From: Deltaproteobacteria bacterium
GTDB lineage: Bacteria > Myxococcota_A > Polyangia > Fen-1088
Assembly: GCA_033763315.1 (NCBI GenBank)
Contig: JANRKS010000019.1
Span: 320,001-384,000 of the forward strand
Direction: 5' to 3'
DNA length: 64,000 bases
The translations under genes were made by a program, and so were the position numbers. Positions within the stretch are counted from its first letter, which is position 1. Each line of letters starts with the position of its first letter. Of the stretch, positions 1 to 9,449 are shown one piece after another. The notes under the pieces are model-generated. The model did no database searches. It was not told the origin of the DNA and saw only the letters and a list, made by a program, of their open reading frames with translations.

Positions 1-705
1 ATACGCCAAACCAACGCCCAACAACGCCGCGTTGTAGTCCGACAGGCCCAAGGCCACGCGGTCCCCAGGCCGGGTCAGCGCCAAATTGGGAGCGGCTTTT
101 GCGCTTCGGTCCAAGCGAAAGCCGCCAGCGCTGGCGAAGGTGAGGTTGCCACTTTGAAAGGCGAACCCAAGTTTCAGATCCACCACCGCGGCGTCGAAGG
201 CCAGCGAAGGTGCTTCGCGGCCCGGCACACGCACGCCCAGCTCGCCGCTCCACGCACGCGCGCCACTCCAGCGCCCATAGCGCGCCGTCAGCGCAGGCTC
301 ACCGTTGTAGCTGGTGTCCGCGCCTTGCGCGTCACTCGGGTGTCCGTCGCGTCTGCCATCAAGGCGCAGCCCAACGTCCAAGCCCGTCACCGGCGTGAAC
401 CCCAGCGCCACGCTGCCCACGAGGCGGTGGTGCGAGCCGGCGGCCGCGCCTTGCGCTTCAGTGAGTCCGTAGCCCGTTCCCGCAGCGGCGGCCCAAGTGC
501 CTCCCGTGCGTAAACCAGGCAGCCCCAAACGCACAATGCCCGTCAACGCCGATTCTGTGTTTCCCGCTGTCGTCACGGTCGACGGGGCCTCAACGGAGGC
601 TTGCGCAGCCACAACATCCACGCCTTCTGCGGCGAACGCGGGGGCGGACAGCATGGCCACCAAAGCCACACCACATGCACTGCCTTGCGACGTTGCGATC
701 TTCAT
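1..705 (-). CDS. Exported protein with probable outer-membrane beta-barrel region (3' end runs off the window)
   Basis: Not in the ORF track. Manual translation from the ATG at 705 is open to position 1: MKIATSQGSACGVALVAMLSAPAFAAEG...AAGTGYGLTE...HHRLVGSVALGF...LDVGLRLDGRRDGHP...LALTRPGDRVALGLSDYNAALLGVGLAY. It has a signal peptide (AFA) and alternating amphipathic strands. Confidence 0.75.
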   Translation of the reverse strand, partial: MKIATSQGSACGVALVAMLSAPAFAAEGVDVVAAQASVEAPSTVTTAGNTESALTGIVRLGLPGLRTGGTWAAAAGTGYGLTEAQGAAAGSHHRLVGSVALGFTPVTGLDVGLRLDGRRDGHPSDAQGADTSYNGEPALTARYGRWSGARAWSGELGVRVPGREAPSLAFDAAVVDLKLGFAFQSGNLTFASAGGFRLDRSAKAAPNLALTRPGDRVALGLSDYNAALLGVGLAY

Positions 706-869
706 TTGGTGCCCGCTATCCCTATGCGACGAGGGGGACCCAGCCCCCTGGAATTTCCTCGTCAGTTTGCGCCAAAGCTTGAACCACGTGTGACCTGGGT
801 GGACTGGGACGCGTCGTCCGCCTGCGGGTGGGTAGGCACAGCGGGGATATCGTGATAGTTCGACCCACC

Positions 870-2672
870 ATGCTTTGCCTCGCGCTTCGATCGTTTCTTT
901 GGGCCTCGTTGCTGGCACCCTTCATCACCGGCCAGCCTCAGGCCGCGAGCGCGGGGGCCGTTGCCGCGTTTGCGCCGGCCGAGGCGGCGCCCGGTACCTT
1001 TTGCACCGCCGCGCGGCTTGGCGATTTCACCTTGGACGCGCAGATGCCGGCCGCTGCGGGCCTTGAGCTTCTGATCAGAGCCAACCGCGACCTGCCGACC
1101 GACGCGTTCACCGCCACACGCATCGCGCTGCCTGCGGCAAACCACAAATCGCAGCTTCACGTGCAGGCCGCGATGGATCTTGTGAAGGTGATGATCGATG
1201 GCGCCGTCGTCGACGAACGGCGTGTGCCCACGGCCATGGCCGGCTTCTTCTGTGTGGTTTCGCCAGGCGCCCGCCAGCTGCCATTGCACAACGCGCGCAT
1301 CAAAGACGAGGGCAAGCGCACCTGGGTTTCGCTGTTCAACGGCAAATCCTTGGATGGCCTCGCTGCTTTGCAGGGAAAGTGGGACGTCAAGGACGGCGCT
1401 TTGGTTGGTCGCCCTGACGTCGCCAAAGGGTGGGGCGCCTTACGCGCTGATGTATCGGGCGAACAGGCCGTCGTTAAGGTGGTTTATCGGCTGAGGAATG
1501 CCAACGGCGGGCTGTATCCGCGCGCGATCCCCAAGGCCGACGTGCCCACGGCGGTCGTGGGTGTGCAGGCAGATTTGGACGTGGACAACACACGTAACGG
1601 CGCTTTGTTCGAGACGGGCGGACGTGGGCTCATCGCGGCTTCGAATAAAGGCGCGGGCGTTAAAGAGGGATGGAATGAAGCGATCGTATCCGCTCATGAG
1701 GGGCGTGTGTTTTCGTTCGTCAACGGCGTGCCGGTGGCCGACACCAAAGACGACACATGTGGCACGCCCGGTGTGCCTGCCATTGAGGTGTTTGGCCACG
1801 ACGATGCGCTGATCGAAATCAAAGAGTTTGCCGCGCTTTCAGAGCCCCTGGCCCCCGCGTTGCCAGGCGTCACCTTGGGTCTATGCACTTCTTTGAAAGG
1901 GGATGTTTTGAAGCAAACGCGTGACGTGGGCTTTGACTACGCCGAGGTTGCGGCAACCGAGGTGGCTGCCATGTCGCAGAGCGAGTTCGCCGCGGCCGTG
2001 CAAAGGGTAAAGGCGCTGGGCTTGCCCGTGCTGTCGGCAATCATATTCTTGCCCAGCGAGATGAAGGTGGCTGGGCCTGATGCCAATCCGGACGCGCAGA
2101 ACGCCTACCTCGACAAGCTCTTGCCTCGGCTGTCCCAGCTGGGTCTCAAGATGGTGGTGTTCGGCAGTGGCCGTTCGCGCCGCGTGCCCGATGGTTTCTC
2201 GAAAGAGGAAGCCTTTAAGCAAGTGGTGGATTTCGCGCGGCGGGCCGCCGAACGCGCCAAAGCGAACCGCATGTTGGTTGTGGTGGAGTCGCTACGCTCC
2301 GAAGAGACGAACATGATCAACACGGCTGCCGAGGCGTTGGCCTTGGTCAAAGCGGTGAATCACCCCAACTTCAAAATGCTGGTCGACTATTACCACATGG
2401 CCATGATGAAGGAAGACTTCGCCATCATCGTGAAGGCTGGGACAAAGAACATCGTGCACGTGCAGATGGCCAACCCCCAGGGGCGCTTTTACCCACAGTC
2501 AGACAACGAATCTGGCTACGCCACTTTTTTCGAGCGCCTGCGGCAAATTGGCTACAAGGGTGGGGTAAGCATCGAGGCCAAAGCCGAAAACCCCACCGCC
2601 GATGGCCACCGCGCCTTGGTTTACTTGCGCCGCGCCACCTCGGTTTTGTCTGGCAAAGCTGCGCCGCGCTGA
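870..2672 (+). CDS. Secreted fusion: DUF1080 (3-keto-disaccharide hydrolase-like) domain plus sugar-phosphate isomerase/epimerase (AP endonuclease 2/IolE-like TIM barrel)
   Basis: N-terminal signal peptide. DUF1080 motifs WVSLFNGKSLDG, WDVKDGALVG, GWNEAIV, VNGVPVAD. C-terminal TIM-barrel motifs GFDYAEV, VFGSG, VVESL, VDYYHM, HVQMAN, YKGGVSIE. The start could be 828 or 870. Confidence 0.8.
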   Translation: MLCLALRSFLWASLLAPFITGQPQAASAGAVAAFAPAEAAPGTFCTAARLGDFTLDAQMPAAAGLELLIRANRDLPTDAFTATRIALPAANHKSQLHVQAAMDLVKVMIDGAVVDERRVPTAMAGFFCVVSPGARQLPLHNARIKDEGKRTWVSLFNGKSLDGLAALQGKWDVKDGALVGRPDVAKGWGALRADVSGEQAVVKVVYRLRNANGGLYPRAIPKADVPTAVVGVQADLDVDNTRNGALFETGGRGLIAASNKGAGVKEGWNEAIVSAHEGRVFSFVNGVPVADTKDDTCGTPGVPAIEVFGHDDALIEIKEFAALSEPLAPALPGVTLGLCTSLKGDVLKQTRDVGFDYAEVAATEVAAMSQSEFAAAVQRVKALGLPVLSAIIFLPSEMKVAGPDANPDAQNAYLDKLLPRLSQLGLKMVVFGSGRSRRVPDGFSKEEAFKQVVDFARRAAERAKANRMLVVVESLRSEETNMINTAAEALALVKAVNHPNFKMLVDYYHMAMMKEDFAIIVKAGTKNIVHVQMANPQGRFYPQSDNESGYATFFERLRQIGYKGGVSIEAKAENPTADGHRALVYLRRATSVLSGKAAPR

Positions 2673-2784
2673 AACCCCCGCGGCCCCGTCGCATCATAAT
2701 CGTGCCGTTCCCATTCTTTTCCTTGAGGATGGCTGCGCGGGATTGTAGATCTCGCGCCGCCGTGGAACCCACGCAAGCCTGACC

Positions 2785-3207
2785 ATGGCCAACGCCAAAC
2801 CCCATACCCAAGCCACTAGGTCCTGGATGTCGCGCCTAGGCGCGGGCCTGAGCGTGGCGTGTGCCATCCACTGCGCCTTAACACCTTTGCTGGTCGGCAT
2901 CTTGCCGCTGGTGGGGCTGAGCTTCTTGTCCGAAGAACGCACCGAGGCATGGATCGTGGGCGCCGTGGTTGTTTTGGCCATTGGCAGCGCCTTATGGGGG
3001 TTCAAGCGCCATGGGGCTTTACGTGCCGTGATGGCGTTCGTGGGCGCCGTGGGCTTGCTGTTGATGGGGCGTTGGTTGGGTGACGCTCACCCGTTGGGCG
3101 TGCCGCTGACGATTGCGGGCGGCGTGGCCATTGCGGGCGCACACTGGCTCAGCGCCCGTCTGTGCAAAACCTGCCCGAACCACGCGGGCGAAGCCCACCA
3201 ACACTGA
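2785..3207 (+). CDS. MerC-family membrane metal transport protein
   Basis: SVACAIHCALTP motif, four hydrophobic helices, C-terminal H..CKTC..H. Confidence 0.8.
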   Translation: MANAKPHTQATRSWMSRLGAGLSVACAIHCALTPLLVGILPLVGLSFLSEERTEAWIVGAVVVLAIGSALWGFKRHGALRAVMAFVGAVGLLLMGRWLGDAHPLGVPLTIAGGVAIAGAHWLSARLCKTCPNHAGEAHQH

Positions 3208-3302
3208 CCGTTCCGTCACGAAGTCCTGGATTCGCCAGGGTCACGCCGACTTACGGCAAGTGAACGTGAGCAGGCGGCCGGACTTCTGTTAAAAATGCAC
3301 GC

Positions 3303-4181
3303 ATGAACGTGCGCAACGTGGCAGTGGTGGGCGGGACCCATGGCAACGAATTCACCGGGGCCTACCTCATCAAGAAGTGGCAAGCGCAGGGGGCGGCCTT
3401 GGCGCGGCCAGGCTTGAATGTGGAATTGCTGCTGGCGAATCCGAAGGCGTTCGCGGCGTGCCGGCGTTACATCGACGAAGATCTCAATCGGTGCTTTTCA
3501 ATGGCCAAACTCGCGGAGCCCAACCCCGCCAGTTACGAGTCGATGCTGGCACAGCAGATCAACCGGACGCTGGGGCCCAAAGGCAACGCGCGCATGGACT
3601 TCATCATCGACATGCACACAGCCACGAGCCCCATGGGGACCAACTTGGTCTTCACGCACATGGACGCGTTCCATCTGCGCTTGGCTGCGTACATCAAAAC
3701 GCGTTTTCCCGAAACGGTGGTCACTTCGGAAGACGAACTGGTCAAGGATCAGTACTTTGTGAATTCGATCGCCAAAGGCAACGTCTTGGTCGAGGTGGGG
3801 CCGATCCCGCAAGGCTGCTTGCGAGCCGATTTTCTCGATCGCACCGAACGCGTTGTGTGCGCGATTTTAGATTACTTGGCGGACCCCACGATCGCGCGCA
3901 GCCTGCCGAGCTCGCTTGAGCTTTTTCACTACACCAAAGCGCTGTTCTTGCCCACCGACGCCGCCGGCAACATCACCGCGATGGTGCACCCTTCGCTCAT
4001 TGATCAGGCTTACCCCACGATCAAGCCGGGTGATCCGTTGTTCGTCACCTTCACGGGCGAAGTGATTCCGTACGACGGCGCTGAGCCAACGATGGCCGGG
4101 TTTGTGAACGAAGCCGCGTACTACGACAAGAAGCAGGCGATGTATTTGATGAGGCGCGAGACCGTGGCGGTGCCCGCTTAA
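3303..4181 (+). CDS. Aspartoacylase (AstE/AspA zinc amidohydrolase)
   Basis: GGTHGNE, RYIDEDLNRCF, IIDMHT, VEVGP and FVNEAAYY motifs. Confidence 0.9.
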   Translation: MNVRNVAVVGGTHGNEFTGAYLIKKWQAQGAALARPGLNVELLLANPKAFAACRRYIDEDLNRCFSMAKLAEPNPASYESMLAQQINRTLGPKGNARMDFIIDMHTATSPMGTNLVFTHMDAFHLRLAAYIKTRFPETVVTSEDELVKDQYFVNSIAKGNVLVEVGPIPQGCLRADFLDRTERVVCAILDYLADPTIARSLPSSLELFHYTKALFLPTDAAGNITAMVHPSLIDQAYPTIKPGDPLFVTFTGEVIPYDGAEPTMAGFVNEAAYYDKKQAMYLMRRETVAVPA

Positions 4182-6031
4182 CGGGCGGGGCCCAAAATGA
4201 CGGCTGACCATGCCGCCAGGGTCACACTGGCGCCTTCTTGCTGAGCCTCCACGCGCGGCCACATCTCGCGCGCCGAACCTGCGCCGCCAAAGCGTGGCTC
4301 GTCAGACGCCAGCAAGACCACGGCCGTGGACGGCAACGCAGGCAAGGGAACGCGCAACGGCCGTGGCGAGAAATTCGCTGCCACCGCCACCCATGAATCG
4401 GGTGCGGCAAACTGCATGGTGACTAGGTGGCCTGCCACGTCGTCGCAGAACACACGAAATTGATGCCGATCCAACCCGCGCAACGCCGGATGCTTCTGTC
4501 GAAGGGCGAGCAGATCTTTATAGAGCGCGAGGATGAGGCTGTGTGGCGGTTGCGCCAACTTCGCCCAATCAAGTTTGCTGGCGGTCATCGCGACCTTCAG
4601 TGTGGGGTCTGCAAAAGCATGATCGCGGTTGAACTCGTCGAATTCCGCTTGGCGTCCGCGCCGAACCGCGTCCATCAAATGGCGATCGCTGTGATCCACG
4701 AAGTAGTTGAACGGCTGCGTTTCGCCATATTCTTGGCCCATGAACAACAGCGGCACGTTGGGCGCCGTTAACAGCACCACGGCCGCCAAGCGTTCTTTCG
4801 CTTCGTCGAAACACGTGCTGATGCGCAGACCGCCCGTGGCGTTGGCCACTTGATCGTGGTTCTGGGAAAACACCACGAATTGCCACCCATCACGCTGCGA
4901 GCCGCTGCTGCCGCGGCGACGCTTATAAAAAACGGAGGGCCGGCCATCGTACGCAAAGCCATGTTTGAGGGCCTTCGGCAGCTCGCGCAGACCCGCAAAA
5001 TCGGCGAAGTAACTCACGGGGTGGCCGCCCAAGGCGGTCCACAAGGATCGATGAAAATCTTCGCTCCATTGGCCGTGCAAACCCAATCCACCTTCGGCCA
5101 ACGGGGTTATCAAGCGCGCGTCGTTGGCATCGCTTTCGGCGATCAAATGCAGCGGGCGGTTAAGGCGCGCTTCTTCGGCGGCGCACAGTTCTGCCATCTC
5201 GGCCAGCAAGTGCTTGGGCGAGGTGTCGAGGATACATTGTGTGGCATCCAAGCGAAGCGCATCGAAATGGTATTCGCTGAACCAATGCAAGGCATTGTCG
5301 AGAAAATACCGCCTCACCTCATCGCTGTGCTCGCCATCGAAGTTCAGCGCCGCGCCCCAGGGGGTTGTATAGCGGTTGGTGAAGTACGGTCCGAAGTCAC
5401 CAACGTAGGTGCCTTCGGGGCCGAGGTGGTTGTAAACAACATCCAGCACGCAGGCCATGCCAAGGTTGTGGCACTCGTTCACCAGGGCTTTCAACCCTGC
5501 GGGGCCACCATAGGTGTTTTGAGGCGCGTAGATAAACGCGCCGTCATAGCCCCAATTGCGTTCACCAGGAAACTGCGCCACGGGCATAAGCTGCACGGCG
5601 GTCACACCAAGATCGCGCAGGTAAGGCAGCTTCTCCATTGCCGCTTCAAAGGTGCCGCCGGGCGTGAACGTGCCCACATGAAGCTCGTAGATCACGTATT
5701 CCGCGAGCGGCAACCCGCGCCACGCGGCGTCGGTCCACAGAAAGCCTTTGGGGTTCACCACGCGTGAGGCGCCATGGACACCATGCGGTTGATGGCGTGA
5801 GGCGGGGTCGGGGCGCTCGGGCCCATCATCGAGAGCGAACAGGTAGTCCATGCCCTCGCGAGCGTCTGGCACAATCGCGCTGTGGTAGCCGCGCGTGGTG
5901 GGCGAAAGCGGGAACCGTTGCCCCAGCGCGGGCACAACCACCGAAACGCTGTTGGCGAACGGCGCCCACACGGTGAACTGCACACCTTCGGTGCGAACCT
6001 GCGCGCCCAGCTCAAGAGAGAATGGCTTCAT
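4178..6031 (-). CDS. treZ: Malto-oligosyltrehalose trehalohydrolase (GH13)
   Basis: YELHVGTFT, NWGYDG, LDVVYNHLGPEG, LRLDA, QNHDQV and LFMGQEYGE motifs. Confidence 0.93.
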   Translation of the reverse strand: MKPFSLELGAQVRTEGVQFTVWAPFANSVSVVVPALGQRFPLSPTTRGYHSAIVPDAREGMDYLFALDDGPERPDPASRHQPHGVHGASRVVNPKGFLWTDAAWRGLPLAEYVIYELHVGTFTPGGTFEAAMEKLPYLRDLGVTAVQLMPVAQFPGERNWGYDGAFIYAPQNTYGGPAGLKALVNECHNLGMACVLDVVYNHLGPEGTYVGDFGPYFTNRYTTPWGAALNFDGEHSDEVRRYFLDNALHWFSEYHFDALRLDATQCILDTSPKHLLAEMAELCAAEEARLNRPLHLIAESDANDARLITPLAEGGLGLHGQWSEDFHRSLWTALGGHPVSYFADFAGLRELPKALKHGFAYDGRPSVFYKRRRGSSGSQRDGWQFVVFSQNHDQVANATGGLRISTCFDEAKERLAAVVLLTAPNVPLLFMGQEYGETQPFNYFVDHSDRHLMDAVRRGRQAEFDEFNRDHAFADPTLKVAMTASKLDWAKLAQPPHSLILALYKDLLALRQKHPALRGLDRHQFRVFCDDVAGHLVTMQFAAPDSWVAVAANFSPRPLRVPLPALPSTAVVLLASDEPRFGGAGSAREMWPRVEAQQEGASVTLAAWSAVILGPAR

Positions 6032-6036
6032 TGACC

Positions 6037-7413
6037 TTAGGGCGGTGTGGCGCCACTGGCCACGCCGTAACGTTCAAGCTTACGGTACAAGGTTTTTCGA
6101 TCCAAGCCCAGGATGCGTGCGGCCTCTGTGCGGCTGCCCCCCACGGCCTTCAAAACGCGCAAGATGTAGCGTTTCTCGATCTCATCCATCGTGACCAGAT
6201 CTTTTGGATCTTCACTTGGCAGCAGTTGGTAGTGCGTTTTGTGTTTGCGCACGCGCTCTGGCAAGTCAGCCGCCGTGACGTGATCGAACCGCGTTAACGC
6301 CACCGCGCGCTCGATGCAATTGCGCAGCTCGCGCACATTGCCGGGCCAGGTGTAGCTTGCAAGTTTCTGCGCCGCCTGCGGCGAGAGACCTTTGACGGCC
6401 TTTTGCGCCTGTGCCGCGAACTGCAGCACAAAGTGCTGCGCAAGCAGCAGTACGTCATCGCCGCGCGTGCGCAGGGGCGGCAAGTCAATCGTGATCACCG
6501 CCAAACGGAAATACAGGTCTTCACGGAACGTGCGTGCTGCCACCGCCGCTTCCAAATCGCGATTCGTGGCAGCGATGATGCGCGCGTCGAAGGGGATCTC
6601 TGTTTCGCCTCCCACGGGGCGCACGCGGCGGTCTTGTAAAGCGCGCAGCAGCTTGGGCTGGATCTCGATCGGCATGTCGCCCACTTCATCCAACAGCAAA
6701 GTGCCGCCATTGGCGCGTACGAACAGGCCCGTTTTGTTGGTGCGTGCGTCGGTGAATGCGCCTTTGGTGTGGCCAAACAGTTCGCTTTCAAGCAGATTCG
6801 CTGGCATCGCGGCGCAGTTGATCGCCACGAACGGCCCATCTTTGCGCGCGCTGCGTGCCGCCAACGCGCGCGCGACCACTTCCTTGCCTGTGCCACTTTC
6901 GCCCGTGAGCAGCACCGAGGATGGTGTGGCGCCCACGCGATCCAACACATCGTAAACCGCGGTGATGGCGGGGCTGCGGCCAAGCAGATCCGTTGACTGC
7001 GGTGCGTTTGCGGGTGGGCTTCGCAGCTTGCGTACAGTGGCCTGCAGTTTTGCGTCCGCGATTACACGCGTCAATGCGCTTTGTAAAGCGCTGGCGTCAA
7101 ACGGGGGTACCAAACAATCCGCCGCACGCGCGCGCAACGCCGCAAGCGCCAACATGAGGTTGGCGGAAGGGTTAAGCAAGATCACAGGCAGGTCCGGGTG
7201 CGTCTCTTCGGCGCGCCGGCAGATCGCCAGTCCGTCCACGTCACCGCCAAGTTCGATCTCACTGATCACGGCTTCGAAGGCCTGTTGTTGCAGCTGTTGC
7301 AAAGCCGCGTTGCCGTCGCCCACAGCCACCACGTGCCAGCCTTGGCGCACCAACGCCGTACCAAGCTGTTCGCGTTGGGTGGCGTTGCTGTCAACCAAAA
7401 GCAGTCGCTTCAT
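6037..7413 (-). CDS. Sigma-54-dependent enhancer-binding protein (NtrC/AtoC type) with degenerate receiver domain
   Basis: GESGTGKE, ESELFGH, GAFTDA, LLLDEVGDM, WPGNVREL and a Fis-type HTH. The REC domain lacks the canonical Asp, Thr and Lys. Confidence 0.92.
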   Translation of the reverse strand: MKRLLLVDSNATQREQLGTALVRQGWHVVAVGDGNAALQQLQQQAFEAVISEIELGGDVDGLAICRRAEETHPDLPVILLNPSANLMLALAALRARAADCLVPPFDASALQSALTRVIADAKLQATVRKLRSPPANAPQSTDLLGRSPAITAVYDVLDRVGATPSSVLLTGESGTGKEVVARALAARSARKDGPFVAINCAAMPANLLESELFGHTKGAFTDARTNKTGLFVRANGGTLLLDEVGDMPIEIQPKLLRALQDRRVRPVGGETEIPFDARIIAATNRDLEAAVAARTFREDLYFRLAVITIDLPPLRTRGDDVLLLAQHFVLQFAAQAQKAVKGLSPQAAQKLASYTWPGNVRELRNCIERAVALTRFDHVTAADLPERVRKHKTHYQLLPSEDPKDLVTMDEIEKRYILRVLKAVGGSRTEAARILGLDRKTLYRKLERYGVASGATPP

Positions 7414-8168
7414 GGGGCACGGGAAACATACACGGAAACACGCGCTCTGTTCAGACGGAAGCCCATCGCCGCCACGCTTGCCACCAAGGCAGCCATCACG
7501 CGCGGTTGCACTTTGGGAACGAGCCGCGCTTGGTTGACTTCAAGCTCAAACCCGATGTAGCGGCCCGGCGCGTGCCGCTTACGAAGCGACGACGCCAAGC
7601 CGTCGCCCTTGCCCAGGTAAGGATAGTTGCGGCGTACCGCCAGGGTGGGCTCGGCTTCCTTCAGGGATGCCACCCACCGTGAGGCCATCGTCGCTTCGCC
7701 GGCGCGCGCAGGGTCGTAAAGCAAACCAATGTCAGCGGTGCGCGTGTCCTGCCGGCCATCTTCGTGAACCAGCACCGGTGTGAAGCTGTGGACGGCGATG
7801 TGCACCACTTGCCCATACCGCGCGATCGCTTGTGCCACATGATCGCCCACCGCTTGCCAATGCGGTGTGTGGTATTTCTCCAACAGGTTCTGTTGCTGCG
7901 CCACTGGCAGATTCTGAACCAGCGGTGAGAACACGCGTGGGTTGCTGGGCGATCGGTTCATGTCCACCAAGAGGCGGCTGATCTTGCCCTCAAACAGCGG
8001 CGCGGCGAACCGTTGGGCCAAAGTGCGTGCCACGGGCAGGGCCCCCAAATCCAATTCGCGATGCGTGCCGCGGTGTTTGTGGTTGATCAACAGCGGCCGC
8101 AAAGCGGGCGGCACAAACGCACTTGCGTGTTCGCACGTGAACAGCAGATGCGGGGTGTGCTTGGCCAT
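7410..8168 (-). CDS. N-formylglutamate amidohydrolase family protein
   Basis: TCEHAS, DLGA, SRLLVDMNRS, VHSFTP, DIGLLYD, NYPY and ELEVNQ motifs. Confidence 0.88.
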   Translation of the reverse strand: MAKHTPHLLFTCEHASAFVPPALRPLLINHKHRGTHRELDLGALPVARTLAQRFAAPLFEGKISRLLVDMNRSPSNPRVFSPLVQNLPVAQQQNLLEKYHTPHWQAVGDHVAQAIARYGQVVHIAVHSFTPVLVHEDGRQDTRTADIGLLYDPARAGEATMASRWVASLKEAEPTLAVRRNYPYLGKGDGLASSLRKRHAPGRYIGFELEVNQARLVPKVQPRVMAALVASVAAMGFRLNRARVSVYVSRAP

Positions 8169-8180
8169 GCCACGGTCACA

Positions 8181-9449
8181 TTAGCGCAGATCGCCGCTGA
8201 AGAAGGTGTTGCTAGCCAAAGCGGTGGCCAGCCGCCCGCACACTTCGTGCAGCTTGGCGGGCGAGGGGTTTGCCCCCACCGCGCTCAACAGGCGCCGGCT
8301 TAAGCAGCCGTGCTGCGCGTAATGATCATAAAAGCCTTGCCACATGGCCTCGTCTGGCCCCGTCAACGTCAGCCGGCTTCGCAGCTGCAACCACACATCT
8401 CGAGCGCGTTGGGGGTGCGTTGCCAACCCCAGCAGTTCCAGCAAAGTCGGGTTATCGATCAGCGCTTCGTCACCGCGTTTCATGGTGGCATTGAGCACCT
8501 GGGCCAACTGATCTTCATCCGCTTGCTTCTGTGCGGCCGTGGCGCTCAATTCCTCGGTGGCCAAAGCCTTCACCAGCGCGCAGACGAGCGCCACGATCGC
8601 GGCGTCCGCGTTGGCGCATTCTTGCACGTCAAGAAGCCGGATCTCGATGGCGCTTCGATCGAACCGGGCGATCGCACCGCGCGAATTGGCCCATTCATGC
8701 GCCAACAAGCCCTCGGGATCGCTCGGTGCCAGATCGGCGTAGATGCGCGCCAAAATCTCGTGTTCGTAAGCGGCGCGCGTGAAGACGCGCTCTGGGATCA
8801 CCGTGCCGCTCACGAAGGGCACGCGGCGCGCGTTGCTGCGGTAATGGAAAAGCCGCGTGTCCGCCCACCCCGTGGTGTTGCCTTCGGCAAAGGGCGAGCT
8901 GGCCGCCAGGGCGGGCAGAAGCGGAAGCACCACGCGAATCGCCGCGTGAAGGCGCCCGAATTCATCGTCGTTCGCAAACGGCAGATTGATGTGCACCGAT
9001 TGCAAGTTTGCCCACCCATGGCCGCGGCAGTCGAAGATGCGATCAAACGCGGCGTAAACCACATCGTAATCATGTGGCCACAGCTTCATCTCCTTCCACG
9101 GATCCATGAACGGGTGCATGGCCGTAGGCAACAAACAAGCCTTCATCGGCGCCAAGGCAGCGTTGGCCGCCGTGACTTGTTCCGCGATGTCTCGGCCCAA
9201 CCCCGCCAAAGACGCCACAGGACCGTTGGTTTTGAACTCGATCAAATGCAATGTCAGCTCGTTCGACCACGCCATCGCTCCACGCTCAAACTCACTTGTG
9301 ATCTCCCCATGAACCGCTGCGATAAGCTGGTCGGCGATCGGCCGCACGGCAAACGTTTCCCGATCGACGATCATGTACTCCACCTCAACGCCTGTGACGT
9401 CAAACAGGTGGTAAGCGGGCGTTTCTGCGTCGTCGTGTTGCGTGCTCAT
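8181..9449 (-). CDS. Glutamate--cysteine ligase family 2 (GCS2/YbdK-like carboxylate-amine ligase)
   Basis: GVEVEYMIVD, SNEL..HLIEFKT, PTAMHP, QSVHINLP, ASSPF and IEIRLLD motifs. Confidence 0.88.
   Translation of the reverse strand: MSTQHDDAETPAYHLFDVTGVEVEYMIVDRETFAVRPIADQLIAAVHGEITSEFERGAMAWSNELTLHLIEFKTNGPVASLAGLGRDIAEQVTAANAALAPMKACLLPTAMHPFMDPWKEMKLWPHDYDVVYAAFDRIFDCRGHGWANLQSVHINLPFANDDEFGRLHAAIRVVLPLLPALAASSPFAEGNTTGWADTRLFHYRSNARRVPFVSGTVIPERVFTRAAYEHEILARIYADLAPSDPEGLLAHEWANSRGAIARFDRSAIEIRLLDVQECANADAAIVALVCALVKALATEELSATAAQKQADEDQLAQVLNATMKRGDEALIDNPTLLELLGLATHPQRARDVWLQLRSRLTLTGPDEAMWQGFYDHYAQHGCLSRRLLSAVGANPSPAKLHEVCGRLATALASNTFFSGDLR

Noticed and set aside
706-790. Third copy of the ECF promoter motif upstream of the first gene (TGACGAG on the minus strand)
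   Set aside because: No GCCTCYAAC box at the 14-nt spacing.
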